DNA of 64,000 bases from Paraphysomonas bandaiensis. Its lineage: Eukaryota > Protista > Chrysophyceae. The notes beneath the pieces were generated by a model, which had not been told where the DNA came from, ran no database searches, and worked only from the letters and a program-made list of their open reading frames with translations. The stretch covers positions 1 to 64,000 of the forward strand of contig CBFFRP010000263.1 in the NCBI GenBank assembly GCA_965644295.1, given 5' to 3'. Of the stretch, positions 11,581-24,344 are shown piece after piece. Within the stretch, counting starts at the first letter, position 1. The number at the start of each line of letters is the position of its first letter. Both the position numbers and the translations under genes were made by a program.

Positions 11581-12571
11581 CTAGTTCAACTTTCGCCGTC
11601 CTGTGTACCCTAAATGAAGACAAATCAGTTCAAATGCAAACACGCTATTAGAATACAAGAAAACTGTATACCAGGTGCGGAGTTAAAATTTTCGGATATT
11701 AAAGTCTTTGAGTAACCTCCCTTTGGCGTAGACTTGGGTGGCGGGTCCACACGGGAGACAAGAGATGACCCCAAGCTGCTCATAAGAGACCCACCCATCG
11801 CCTGCGGACGATATCCAAATGGAGATTCATTCTCTTGCTCTGTAGGGATGTTATGGCCTTGTCTATACTGTCCCTCCATGGGCCCACCTCCCTCAGATTG
11901 CTTCTGCCGCGTGGATTGTGCTGGGTCTTGTATGACCTTACGGTGTCCGCCCCGCTTCATGAGGGTTAATTGATCATTTGAAGTCTGTATTCCATTGGTC
12001 TGCCGCTGATAGTTGGTCATGTAGTGGTCACCCTCAGTAGGTATGCCACTAATGAGATCATCAGCACCGCGTAGTTTGGGATCGCTGGGACGGCGAAGTC
12101 TGGACCATTCCGCTCGTTCCTCTTTACTTACTAATCCATCTTCTGATGTGGCGATACCAGACATCTGACTCCTATGACCTTGGGTGTGCTTCTTCTGAGC
12201 ACGCTGTTTACTGACCATTCCCTGATAGTATCCGACACAGCGCAGTGAGTCGACCCGTTATAATATAACATAGCATATCAGGTGTGTGCAATATAGCGTA
12301 CTAGTAAGCATACAGTGCATTAATAAGCATACGGCGCGTATATGATATGAAGTATACGTACATTCCAGTCAGCATCCGGATGAGAGGGATCATATACAGT
12401 ATCATGAGACACAGGCACAGCAGGTGGTTGATCCATCCTTCCATCATGTACACTCGTGCTTCTAGTATCCTCAAACTGTGATAGTTTGGCTCGATGCTGA
12501 AGAAGAGACAGCGGTTTCTTCTCGTAACTTGGATGAAGCTTTGGAGGCTGATAATCGCTCTCTCGAAACAT
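11581..12571 (-). CDS. Hypothetical hydrophilic protein (3 exons)
   Basis: MFRESDYQ..ADWN / GMVSKQR..SAP / GYTGRRKLN* joined by GT-AG introns; no family recognised. Confidence 0.55.
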
Positions 12572-12991
12572 GTTGAAAGAGTGATTGATTAAAGGAGTGA
12601 ATATATGGGAGGTCCAATAGAGGGATGGCTGTATATATATATATATGTATGTGTGTGTATGCATATAGAAATAGAAATTAAAGCAACGGAAGTACTTCGT
12701 ACAAGTGGAAGTAAGTTATATATGAGAGATGCAGGCACAGTAGGTTACTACAGATTTGTTCAACAACTGTCACTATAAACTGGCGTTTTTCGGATAATAT
12801 ACCCGATTCGCGCATAAATAAACGTGTTTTATTATATTCTTTATTATTAAAAAAACGCATTGTGTTGTTGTACAAGTATGCGTCCCATTTAACCCAATCT
12901 CGCTCTTGCTGCTCAGTGCAACCTTCACAATATCAACCAGTTTGAAGTTAAACTGCATTTTCGTATGCCAGTCACCATGAAGAGTTAGCCT

Positions 12992-13345
12992 CTACCTGGA
13001 GTAGAACTGCCAGAAGGAAAATACATTAAGCAGACGCCAAGACACTGCCAATACAATGATCAAGTCAAGCACTTTTAAATGACATATGTTGCAACCACTG
13101 GAAGCATGATAATTGCCTATCCATTTAAAAGTAATTGACTTGATCATTGTATGGCAGTTTCTTGGCGTCTGAATCGAACCATACAAACTTTTCAACAGCT
13201 TAATACATTTCTTCCTTCTGACAGTTCTACTCCAGCTAGAGGCTCCATACACACCTCTCCTTGTGGAATATCATATATGGACTTCCAAGTACATATCACA
13301 CTTAATATAACGTATTGTGTTCATAGCCTTCAATCTAAATGTTAG
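12992..13345 (-). pseudogene. Ty1/copia reverse transcriptase relic
   Basis: KLLKSLYGSIQTPRN resembles LKKSLYGLKQSPR; frameshifted and degenerate. Confidence 0.7.
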
Positions 13346-13827
13346 ATATATGTAAGTTATATGCAAAAAAAACAGAAAATACATACCTTCAGGCAGGTTC
13401 ACCAAATGTCACGCTTGATATTATACAAAGTATTACTTACATCAACACATTTAGCTGCACATTGTGTGGTTGGTAATTGGTAATTAACATTATATAACTC
13501 ACTCCAACAGCTTACTCTTTCATAATGACAACCTCCGTCATCGTTCTCCTACACTTTCTACACAAACTTTAATCTTCTTGTGTAGCATATTTGTTGTTTA
13601 AGTCCAATCCCTTTCAGGAATAGGAGCAGCAAACAGTGTTTTTCTCTTGTGTCGCACTAAGCATTTACACAAACCGCACTCTTGTGTTCAGTATTACGAA
13701 AACGATTATATGAATAATATATATTACCTAAACTTATTTACACCCAATCCGATAGTCAATATAGTGATAAGCTCATACAAATTGTAACCACAAAACAAAC
13801 TTAACATATAGAAAAATAATGCGTTAA

Positions 13828-15410
13828 TTAGCTGGAACTAACACTATCAGCACCGTCATTATCTGAATCAACTATCAGTTGACGCTGCTCTGTGGCGTTG
13901 CTAACAAAATCATACAACACATCATTGTTACATAGTCTATCTATACTAATATCCTCATCTATTGGAACATCATCGGCAGGAAGCTTACCCCAGTCCATAT
14001 CTGTGAGAAGGCTTTCCACAACCGGAGACATTTCAATATCATGGCTTACTGCCCTGTACAACTTTTGACCTGTGGTTATCTTCCGAAAGTCTGATACCAT
14101 GTCATCTGGTAAAGAACTCTGAAGTAATGCTGACAGAAATGGTTTTCGTTCATTGACCGCCGCCCCTCCATCGCCCTCTTCTGAGTCGCTCCCGTAATCT
14201 GACTGACCGGCGTTGTCATCACTGGTGTCTGCCTTTGCGGATATATACTGTGGAATATACATATTAGTGAATGTCACGACCAAATAATACTAACTTTCTT
14301 TATTCTTCCTTTCATAAAATCGCGGTAGGTAAAAGTGAAGTGAAACGCCATAGCTGCAATGAACATCTCTATACATATAAGGTAATCCTGCAGGCCTTTG
14401 TTAATTTCTTCTAGTGTCCACCCTCCATATTCATCAGGCAAAATGTCCCATGCAGCAGCCATGTTAACCAAGATGGACTGCCACCATGTAAAAAATATAA
14501 CTAATTTTACCGACAAAAACTTCCCAACTGGTCGCCACGGAGCAAGTTCCTCCTTAAAAGTTGTATAGAACATGGACAGGCAATACAATGCCCACAGCTG
14601 GGATACCGTGTCGATAACGCATATGTATACGTACCCACGATCTAACTTGAAATCTCCTTCCCCATAAAGGTCTTGTTTGTGCAGTACTATGATGGCAACA
14701 GCGGTGATGTTCTTTATGATTACATACTGGAATACGCCTAATTTACAATGGTGCATGTAATTTTGGCCGAGCTCCCAGGCAGAGAACACCTTGTTCAAAG
14801 GGAAGAAATGATTTCCACGCTCCCTGGGTTTTCTCCGCAGGATGCTTAGCAAAGACGATTCGTCCCCAAGTAATGCTATCAGAAAATACATGAAGCTGTA
14901 TATTACATACGCTTCGTAGCACTCCCGTACAGTTTCAATGTATAGAGCAAACGCACGAAACCGCAGTGAGCACCACGACTCTATGCTATATATTGGAACC
15001 ATCCATATTATCCTGACTACATACTTCTGAACATTCGGCATATACCTGCATCAAAACTTAGAGGAGTATATGATCCACTAACAGTGTACCAGTGCACCAA
15101 ATGTTGAATGATCAAATACAGAGACAGAGGGAATGTTATCAACACGAATCCTCCAGCCTATATAGGAGTTAACAGCAACTATAGAGACACAAGTATAACT
15201 CACTGAGAACCATGCCACTAAGTGCTCCTTATTACCGTTCCTATAGAGGTCATAGCTATAGAATATGACTGCACATGCTGGTACAGTCCCATCACACTAA
15301 CATATGACAGACTCACAGATAACACACATACCTAACAATAACGGTGTAAGAATGATCAATGTATCAGCTGTGTACTGCGCACATTGTCGAGCACTGCAAC
15401 GAACTGGCAT
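13828..15410 (-). CDS. TMEM184: TMEM184/OST-alpha family transporter (multi-exon)
   Basis: QKYVVRIIWMVPIYSIESW, RECYEAYVIYSF, KFLSVKLVIFFTWWQ, LQDYLICIEMF. Confidence 0.92.
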
Positions 15411-16038
15411 GTTATGAATCCCCGTATATACTGTGCTTATATATATATATATATATATACAGCTACAAGCTACACATCAACTAAACTGAAAACTAAACAA
15501 TTCCCAATCAACTACACTGAAGCGCATTCCATCATAAGACAGCAGTATGAACTACATGTACACTTCTTCCTTAAAGTTGAATTGAGTTCTCGGCTCTCCA
15601 TATGGATTCCTACGCCCTCATACCATATTTATTGTTGATTTATGCATAAAAATAGGGATTTCCACCTACGATTTACTGCACCAAACACCGTATTAGAAAA
15701 ATAGAAACCATAGTTTTCTGGAAATGTGAATTGGTTTTTGATACGAAAACCTCGATTTATTTCACACGCACTGTGTAGATACCTCGTATCCCCATCACAC
15801 GCACAGTAATAAGTTGAGTTGTAAGCTACACACGACTTGAGCATCATATCACCTTTCCAGATCACCAAAAAATACTAGGTATTCACACGTCAAAACCCTC
15901 AAAACCCTTGATTTTCTACCTCATCAAGTTTTTGAAGTAGTTTAAGTGAAGTATTGACTCAATTCAATGGCATCGACAGAGTTCATACACACCTCATGAT
16001 CTCAACATAATCCATTGAGACATATCACGAGCTATAAG

Positions 16039-17350
16039 ATGACAAGCTCTGAGACCTCTCATGTGGGGGAGAACTGGATACGGTGGTTCTGTGGTTTACC
16101 AGGTAATCATGTCTTCGCAGAGGTCGACAAGGCGTTCATTGAGGATGCTTTCAATATCTTCGGATTGAAACCATATGTATTAAATGACTACTCGATAGCG
16201 ATGAGTTTAATACTCGATAAGAAAAGTAATACATGTATATGTATGTATATGTGAGATATAGATAACACGTCTGTATACGCAGCCCCCCCACTGGACCCTT
16301 ACGCAGAATTAGGATACAATAAATCAGCAGCTCTGTTATATGGCATGATTCATGCTCGTTATATATGTACACTACGTGGTTTAGAAGCAATGGTAAGTGG
16401 AGTGATGTCACTCATTTGTGTTTTATTTTCGATACAGAAAAGAAAATATTTGGAAGGCTATTTCGGGACTTGTCCCAGGCTCTTGTGCCATGGCCAGAAA
16501 GTCATACCGGTATAATCAATTCATTTTTACACATATAATTTGTAACTTTTGGAATTAAAATAGATGGGTATGACCGATCAGCCTCACTTGGACAGTATGA
16601 AGCTGTATTGCCCCAGTTGCCAAGATGTCTATTCGTGCTTACAATCACAAAGCCGTAAGTATTCTCATTGCATTAAATATGAGTTCTAATGAGGCTAGCA
16701 GATATTGATGCGGCTTGCTTTGGGCCAACGTTCCCGCACATGTTTTTTATGACTTTTGAGAACCTAGTCCCAGAGGGGTCCCGCGAGGTGTATGTTCCAA
16801 AGGTGTACGGGTTCAAGGTCCACTCCTCTAGTCCAAGCCTGGCAAGGGGATGTATGTTTTTCCATTGCTACAATATCTATTCAATAAATATGCTGTCGTA
16901 TTAGTGGATGTTATTGTTTAATTATATAGTGGTGGTTGTGTAATCGTGCATGTAACAGGCACTGCCCGCGCAACGAATATACCTCAGCAAACTTCGCATC
17001 CGAATTCGTCTAGAGTAACTATAGATATGTCGTCCTCCATTTTTCACCCACCCAGCGGGGTACAAGCACAGGGAGGCCGAACTAACGGTGGGGCACAGGG
17101 GAGCGTATCTCAGTCGGACACAGGAGGCAGCTCCTCAAGGACCCGTAGGGGAGTGAAGCGAGACCGGTCTGGACAGGATAACGCCCAAGCAAAAGACAGT
17201 AAATTAAGCACAGGTGAAACAGAGCAGGGGACGGGCGAAGAGGTGACAAACCTTGCAGATAGTGAGCCAGATGCGAAGCGCATCAATAACACAACAGAAC
17301 AAACTAATAGCAGTCACCAAGATGGAAATATATCTTCTAAGTGCGGCTAG
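16039..17350 (+). CDS. CKB: Casein kinase II regulatory (beta) subunit, multi-exon, long low-complexity tail
   Basis: [76 protein letters not shown]. Confidence 0.93.
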
Positions 17351-17729
17351 CTTCGTCACGGAGGATCTCACGGAGGTGTGAGATCATTGTTAATTTGCTG
17401 TATTTCCTTTTGTTTAATACGAATGATACGAAGTATGTTCTATATGAATATTAATATCTACGCGACTATACCATGTGAAAAGTTTCTCGTTCGTTTCTGC
17501 ATAAAACGACCTGGTGGACAGTATATATTAATATAACTCTAAGTAATAACCGTAAGTGCTAACCGCAACTATATATTTTAGTATTATTCGTATAGTAAAC
17601 ATCTCTTTGGTGCATGGACTAAGCAAGGGCCGCGTCAGGTTTTATGTGTATACATATAACATATACAATTCGTTAACTAGAGCCTCACAGAGTCCAAAAC
17701 ATTATATTCTCACAACATCACGATAAATA

Positions 17730-18810
17730 TTGAAAGTATTTAACTGGAATAGACTCCCCAATGTTACTAAAGCCGTATGCTCTGACTGCGGGTTTAGACT
17801 AGACTCACTCAAGCATATGTGTCTAGACTGCACAAACGACACCATAACGCAGATAAGGGAGTCTGCATTTCACAGCCACAAAAACGCGCTTCAAGAAGAA
17901 CTGAGAAATCCGGAACTACCCCAATGGACCACCACTGTACTCCAGCGACTCTCCAGCAGGGCCTGGAACCCTTCCGTGCCACAGGTGGAGAGATTCTGGA
18001 CGGGTACCATCACAATGACACAGCTTGAAATGGTTTTTGGAGATCACATCCATGAGTCACTGACATCCCAAGGACTGCGCAGCATTGAATCAGCGATCAT
18101 CAAATTACTTCTACCGCTTTTCGCTGCAGCAAAGCTCATGATCCAAGATCGCGGAAGAAGATACGTGACCCTACGGAAAGCCCCCCCAAGGCTACTACCG
18201 CGGCCGAGTCCAAAACACAGACAGAAACGGAAACGCTCAAGGGTGCTAAGATTACTAGGAATCCACAGACGAACCGAGACTGGAACACCGCCCACCGCAC
18301 CTATGAACCCTACCAACCATACACAAAGGACCATAGCACCGGACCGTATGAAACCAACAGGCCCTAGACAAAGGCGACGACGTCTCCGGCAACTCCTCCT
18401 CTGCCCAACGCCCAAACGGTGCATGGCGACACCGCCACATTCCACCACACCATCAACCTCTCGGTCCACACATCTAGTGCTCGGTACACTCAGGACCTTA
18501 ATACAGAACCCGGTACCTCAGAGCCAGGCGGAACCGTATCCCAAGGGGAGACCCCCAGACAACACGCGCCAGTGAGTCCTCAGACACACGAGCAGGGCGA
18601 ACTCACACACAACATCAAGAACGGAAGTGGTTGCACCTTGGTGCTTGCGGCGACGCACAAGCAGCATCTGTAGCGTTAAATAGTAGGATAATAGAATTTG
18701 TGCTGATTAGTTATGGGTAGAGGCTTACTAGTAGACTAGTATTCAACTAGCCGCTATATCGGAACGAGTTTTTAACGCCTATTGCTAAATAAAAAGACAT
18801 TCAATATAGC
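17730..18810 (+). mobile_element. 5'-truncated non-LTR retrotransposon (ORF2 C-terminus plus 3' UTR)
   Basis: CSDC..DSLKHMCLDC zinc knuckle typical of the LINE ORF2 C-terminus; basic tail; the 3' UTR recurs elsewhere in the window. Confidence 0.65.
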
Positions 18811-19746
18811 ACTGACTGAGACCCCTCCTCCCCTAGAATGCAGTTACACATGTATGGACTATGTAAGTATAGTGTAGATCTCTCTGGTGTTTTCTTGGCA
18901 CCACACTGCTTTTTATGCCGGGATTTTAATAAAGTCTAAACACTGCTTTTAGTTTATCAACACTATCACTTTACTCTAAGGCACGCTCTCGGAATGGGGC
19001 AGGGATTTACTAAACTAGCCAAACATCAAAACTACAAACTGTTGCTGAAAGTGAGAATTCACTTATAGTACTAAAAAAACTATGTAATAACTTTTTTAAA
19101 ATTGTGAATATTTATTTTGAATACCGGCAAGAAAATAGAATTTTTCTAAAATTCCTTCAATAGGCTTCAACGTGCGGCCACTGATCTGAATTATTTACAC
19201 ATATTTCAGGTGATATAAAGTTAAGTACTTTAAACACTGGGGATAAAGCAATATTAGACAATGTGACTACAACAATTCTGATTCAAAGACAAAGAGTGTA
19301 GGTTGCTATCCAACAAGTTCGAATCTGGTAACAGAAGTTGACATTATTTGCTAAGGTTTACTATTCTCAACTGATAAGATGAAATTATAAACATTACATG
19401 ATAAAGAACCTAAGTTGTGTTCGATGTGTTCAACACCATTCATTTACTACTATAGTGTACAAACCACACACTCAGTGATCGTATCCTGTATAGTCATCCA
19501 CTTCTACTTCAGTTTCATACTACATAATATAATGTACTAATTACATATATATCTTTCGATCCTTGCATCTCACATAATACTGCACTCAATTGCAAGTATA
19601 TAGAATCTTCAGATCTCAACACTCCCCCTCAATTGAGTGTTGTACTATGACGCCTCCCAGCTATTGAATGCCTGAGATAAAAAAAATTCTTGACAGTAAA
19701 ATAGACTCATCTCTAAGTCTAAACCTCTGTCTAAAAAACTCAGTAC

Positions 19747-22140
19747 CTACTTGCGCCTTCTTTTATCCCTTGGTCCCTCATTAATCACTTCAGTGGAACT
19801 CTTAACTTTCTCTCCAAGATTTCTCTTTCTCTGCTCCATATATGATAAACCAACCAATGACTTTGTATAAATATCTGCTGCTTGTTGCGATGTATGCACA
19901 TGCACTAACTTAATCGTATTGAACTGATTGGGATCCACGTGCTCTCTCACCATGTGATACTTAATCTCAATGTGCTTCGACTTCTTGTGAAACACTGGGT
20001 TTTCGGCCAAATCCTGGGCACTCTGACTGTCGATGAAGAATGGTGTGGGTTTGATGAGCCTCAACTTAATCTCACCCGTCACCCCCCGAACCCATAGCAC
20101 TTCTTGGAGACCCGAGTAAATACACTGATACTCAGACTGCATGCTTGACGTTGCCACTGTCGTCTGCAGTTTGGACTGCCAGACTATAGGCCCTCCCGCT
20201 GCAAACCCAACGTACCCCGACGTGGACTTCCTGGAGAGCTGATCTCCCGCCCAATCCGCGTCAGTAAACATATGGAAGTCGAACCGTCTACTCCCATATT
20301 GAATCCCTTTGTCAATAGAACCACGAATATATTGCCATACATGTGTTAATAGCTTGCATACTTCAATATTCACCTTATTACTGAACCGAGACAGTACTCC
20401 CACTGCATAGGCAATATCCGGCCTCGTGTTCATCGATAGATATAGTAATGCACCTATCAGCGGCCGATATGGGAAGTTATCTACTATAAGCTGTTCCTCC
20501 TCGGTATGCTCATGCCGCGCCCCTTTTGCCACTAAATCCATTGCTTCCGCCGGTAGAGGACTCTTCCGTACCTTTCGCGGTGACCCAAGATACTTTTCAA
20601 ACTTTTCTAAGATCTTAGCCGCATATACTGATTGGTCAAGACGAATATACTCTGGCGTTCTTGTGACTCGAACATTCAGAAAATGTTCCATCTCGCCCAT
20701 ATCCTTCATATCAAACCGGGCACACAGTTGAGCTTTAATATCCTTCACTATGTTGACATCACGACCTAACACTAGGATATCATCCACATATATCGTTAAT
20801 AATATCAATTCATCGCCCTTATACTGATAATACAAACACGGGTCTAATACACATGGTTTAAAATGCATAGATCGTATGAATTTATCCAATGTTTTCCACC
20901 ACGACCGCGGGGAACTCCGAAGCCCGTATAACGACTTCTTCAACTTAAAGCAGTACCCCTCAGGCAGCTGAAAGTCCGGAGTTGCCTTCATATATACATC
21001 CCCCTCTATATCTGCATATAGAAATGCGTTAGACACATCCAGTTGATGAATTACCATGTTCATCACGAAAGCTATGGCGATTAACAGTCGCACTGTTACC
21101 CCCTTAACAACGGGTGCGAAATGGTTCGCCCAACCACTCGACTGCTGTCCACAACCGATTGCTACAAGACGAGCCTTATATCGGCGGACCTCTCCCTCCT
21201 TATCGTACTTCTTTCCATAGACGTACTTGGAGTGCAGTGGGACGACTCCGTCCGGTATACGAGTCACCTCCATGGTATCTCGCTTCGCCAAACCCTCTCG
21301 CTCTACACGGCGAGCTCGTCTCCACTCCCTGTGCTCGGCACTCTCCAAGGACTCACGATGTGTCTGAGGCACTGTCGACTCTTCCGCTGACATCCACACT
21401 GAGTCTGCCTCCTGTAAAAGGTCACTCACATCACTCTCATCACTCAAATGATGGATTTGTCCTAACACCGACACATTCGTTACCGTCCTTGGAGTTCTTG
21501 CGCGTTTGCCGTGCGGATGATTCTCGGCAGGGGTCCCTTCCCCCGAAGGTAATGCTGAGTCAGCCTGGGGCTGCACCTGCCCACTTTCCGACTGCTGTGG
21601 CACCACTCCGCTGATACCGCCGTCACGGTTGTCAGTAACTCTGGCCCTAACCACCCTCTGCGCAAGATCCTCTGTCATCTTCTTGATGTCAGCAATATGA
21701 ATAGGAGTTTTATCCTCCACTTGAACCTGGTTACCAGTAACCAACGACCGGTATCCTACAATAAGTCCCTTCCTTATCACCACTCTGTTAGTCTTGTATA
21801 GCAGACCACCATCCTCATGGTGCTTTCCGATAAGATACTCAAACTCACCCGGTTGACGAGCCTCGGGATCTATAGCCACTTGAGCCTCCTCCAGCTCTCT
21901 ATAATAATCCTGAGACCTCTCAGGTACCGATTCATCAAATAATACATGTACAGAGTGTACTACGGTGTCCCCCACTAGCACCTTGTATCCTTTTCGATCA
22001 GCTGGATACCCTATGAAATAACCTGTCATTGCTTTGTCCTCCCAGTCCTTCCTCCTGTCGGCCTTGGGTGTTAGCACATATGCTTTGCACCCCCATTTCC
22101 GTAGCCACGATAGGCTGGGAACGCTCCCCCTGGGACACAC
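19747..22140 (-). CDS. Copia integrase C-terminus, RT and RNase H (3' part)
   Basis: YKARLVA, QLDVSNAFL, LYGLRSSPR, IYVDD, TDADWAG, KHIEIKYH, ADIYTK. Confidence 0.95.
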   Translation of the reverse strand: MCPRGSVPSLSWLRKWGCKAYVLTPKADRRKDWEDKAMTGYFIGYPADRKGYKVLVGDTVVHSVHVLFDESVPERSQDYYRELEEAQVAIDPEARQPGEFEYLIGKHHEDGGLLYKTNRVVIRKGLIVGYRSLVTGNQVQVEDKTPIHIADIKKMTEDLAQRVVRARVTDNRDGGISGVVPQQSESGQVQPQADSALPSGEGTPAENHPHGKRARTPRTVTNVSVLGQIHHLSDESDVSDLLQEADSVWMSAEESTVPQTHRESLESAEHREWRRARRVEREGLAKRDTMEVTRIPDGVVPLHSKYVYGKKYDKEGEVRRYKARLVAIGCGQQSSGWANHFAPVVKGVTVRLLIAIAFVMNMVIHQLDVSNAFLYADIEGDVYMKATPDFQLPEGYCFKLKKSLYGLRSSPRSWWKTLDKFIRSMHFKPCVLDPCLYYQYKGDELILLTIYVDDILVLGRDVNIVKDIKAQLCARFDMKDMGEMEHFLNVRVTRTPEYIRLDQSVYAAKILEKFEKYLGSPRKVRKSPLPAEAMDLVAKGARHEHTEEEQLIVDNFPYRPLIGALLYLSMNTRPDIAYAVGVLSRFSNKVNIEVCKLLTHVWQYIRGSIDKGIQYGSRRFDFHMFTDADWAGDQLSRKSTSGYVGFAAGGPIVWQSKLQTTVATSSMQSEYQCIYSGLQEVLWVRGVTGEIKLRLIKPTPFFIDSQSAQDLAENPVFHKKSKHIEIKYHMVREHVDPNQFNTIKLVHVHTSQQAADIYTKSLVGLSYMEQRKRNLGEKVKSSTEVINEGPRDKRRRK

Positions 22141-24344
22141 TCATATGGAGACATCCATCCTTGCCACGTCCGAGTTGGCATTCGTCGCACAATGTAACAT
22201 GCAGTTTGATAAGCATCAAACCAGAACGACTTTGGAAGTCCAGATGCCGTCAACATCGTCAGTGTCATCTCCCCAATTGTTCGGAATTTCCTCTCAGACA
22301 CCGCGTTGAGCTCTGGCGTGTCTCGTGTTGTATGTGACACCCGAGTCCCATATCGCTGCAACAGATACTCTCTTATCTGCTGACTAATAAGTTCGGATCC
22401 TCCATCGGCATGATACTCCACTATACGGTTCCACCCCTCGTACTTCACTAAGTGGACCTCGCACAAGTGTCGTAGACATTTGAACACCTCCTCTCCGCTT
22501 CGAGTCCTCAATCCATATTCCCATATCATCTTTGTTGCTAAGTCCGTGAATAGGAGCACGTACTTATACCCTTGTCTGGATTCACAATTCAGGTAGACTG
22601 AGATGTCCGCTGTCACTCGTTCCAGAAACCTGACTGCGCTTAGCTCTTCGTTGTCCCGTGATTTGAACGAATGCCTGGTTATCTTCGCCTTGGCACACCA
22701 TTTACACAGGGGTTTCTTGCAACTCTTCTCCTTTGCCTTCGAAAGGTGATGTCGTTGTAGTCCTGATCCTCTGAATAACATGTGTCGGTGAGCTTCTAAT
22801 AACTTCGATTTCGAGACATGTCCAGTACGCTCATGTAAGCGATCCAACGCATCTTGTCCTGTATTATCCGACAAATTTACCTCCTCCATCTGATTGCACA
22901 TAGACACATTTGGCAGATTTAACACCTCCATCAAGTCCACATACGGCATCCCTCCATGCTCATCGTACTCTCCAGTCAACACCTCGTTTCCAGAGTCCAA
23001 TTCCACGATTTTAGGCTTTCGAAGCAGTTGTAATCCGTATCCCATTGATCTCAGCATTCCTCCTGACACAATGTTCTTCACCGCTTCTTCACTAACTCTG
23101 ATGTCTCTCCATTCCCCGAATGTACCAGTTCCCTGTGTCTCCAATTGAGAACCCTTTCTAGTTAGTTGGATTGCCCCAAACTCAGGAGTAAATGACTCCA
23201 GTGCAATTTTATCCTTTACTATAAACAGTCTTTTACTTGCACAACTGTCCAGATATACACGAGGTTCTTCCGACGTATCCACCGATAGCAAAACCTCTTC
23301 TCCAAACATATTCGCTTCATCATCCGACGACTCTCCGTCGTTGACGTATTTCTTCCATTCTGTCTCGAATTTCCTGTTCGATTTTCGAGGATTCTCATTA
23401 TCCGGGTTTTTTATGTTCTTCCGTTTTTTCGACTTGCACTGTCGGGCTTTATGACTAAAATCTCCACAGATATGACAACCAGTATAATCCTTTGATCCTG
23501 GCTGCTGCACACTCTTCGAAGCCTTTTCCTTTGTCTTCCCTTTTCTTTTGAACTTATCCATTTTTCTTTGTCGTTCCTTAGCATAACAATTCGCTGCTAC
23601 ATGTCCCTTCTTCCGACAAAATGAACAAACCACTGGCTCCTTCGACGCCGTAAAATTGATCTCTTCAGATTTGTCTCCCTTTAGTTTCTTCAGCTGCGTC
23701 ATAGCCTCGTCATACTCTTCACAAGCCTCTTTCACCGAATCAAATGTAGTTGTTGCTTTAGGCATCATCGCTACCGACATCCATAAATCATGTAATTCCT
23801 CTATCTGCAGCGCTGCTTTTATCTTTGCTAATTTACTTGCCTCTGTCTGCGGTTGTCCCAATTTTATGAGCTTCTGGATTATACCGTTCAGTCGATCTAC
23901 CCCAACAGACACCTTTTCCCCCGGCCTTATTTTGAACGAATGGTATTCTGCCGTAGTCTTCTCCAATACAGTCCCAATCTCGCCTCTGAACCTATCAACC
24001 AGTGTCTGAAGGAGCTCACTGGATAACACCTCCTTAGCAGGATCATCAGCAGGTAAAATTGCCTTCCCCTCCAAATATTGATTGGCTACCTCCAACACAT
24101 CAGGGTCATGCTCGCAAGCCTCCCAAATAGTACTAACACAGGTATCATTACGCTCTCTCCATGACTCTAAATTCCTTCCTCCGGCTGGCGGGTCCTCCAA
24201 GCCAAGATGGTTTCGGTTTTTCTTCATTAGATGCATCTTGATTTTTCTCGCTGAATAGTCTGCTTGGTTCTTGTCAAACCGTAGCTTCTTGTCATCTTCC
24301 CCATCCCTACAACTATCACTCGCTACCATAACAGAAGTTGACAT
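22071..24344 (-). CDS. Copia gag-protease-integrase (5' part of frameshifted polyprotein)
   Basis: Two CCHC knuckles, YLDSCAS protease, HERTGH..CKWC, integrase D/D/E (TADI, HADGGSE, AVSER). Confidence 0.9.
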   Translation of the reverse strand: MSTSVMVASDSCRDGEDDKKLRFDKNQADYSARKIKMHLMKKNRNHLGLEDPPAGGRNLESWRERNDTCVSTIWEACEHDPDVLEVANQYLEGKAILPADDPAKEVLSSELLQTLVDRFRGEIGTVLEKTTAEYHSFKIRPGEKVSVGVDRLNGIIQKLIKLGQPQTEASKLAKIKAALQIEELHDLWMSVAMMPKATTTFDSVKEACEEYDEAMTQLKKLKGDKSEEINFTASKEPVVCSFCRKKGHVAANCYAKERQRKMDKFKRKGKTKEKASKSVQQPGSKDYTGCHICGDFSHKARQCKSKKRKNIKNPDNENPRKSNRKFETEWKKYVNDGESSDDEANMFGEEVLLSVDTSEEPRVYLDSCASKRLFIVKDKIALESFTPEFGAIQLTRKGSQLETQGTGTFGEWRDIRVSEEAVKNIVSGGMLRSMGYGLQLLRKPKIVELDSGNEVLTGEYDEHGGMPYVDLMEVLNLPNVSMCNQMEEVNLSDNTGQDALDRLHERTGHVSKSKLLEAHRHMLFRGSGLQRHHLSKAKEKSCKKPLCKWCAKAKITRHSFKSRDNEELSAVRFLERVTADISVYLNCESRQGYKYVLLFTDLATKMIWEYGLRTRSGEEVFKCLRHLCEVHLVKYEGWNRIVEYHADGGSELISQQIREYLLQRYGTRVSHTTRDTPELNAVSERKFRTIGEMTLTMLTASGLPKSFWFDAYQTACYIVRRMPTRTWQGWMSPYECVPGGAFPAYRGYGNGGAKHMC

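Noticed and set aside
20426-24009. Plus-strand ORFs within copia and other antisense ORFs over genes
   Set aside because: Shadows of the coding strand with no independent motifs.
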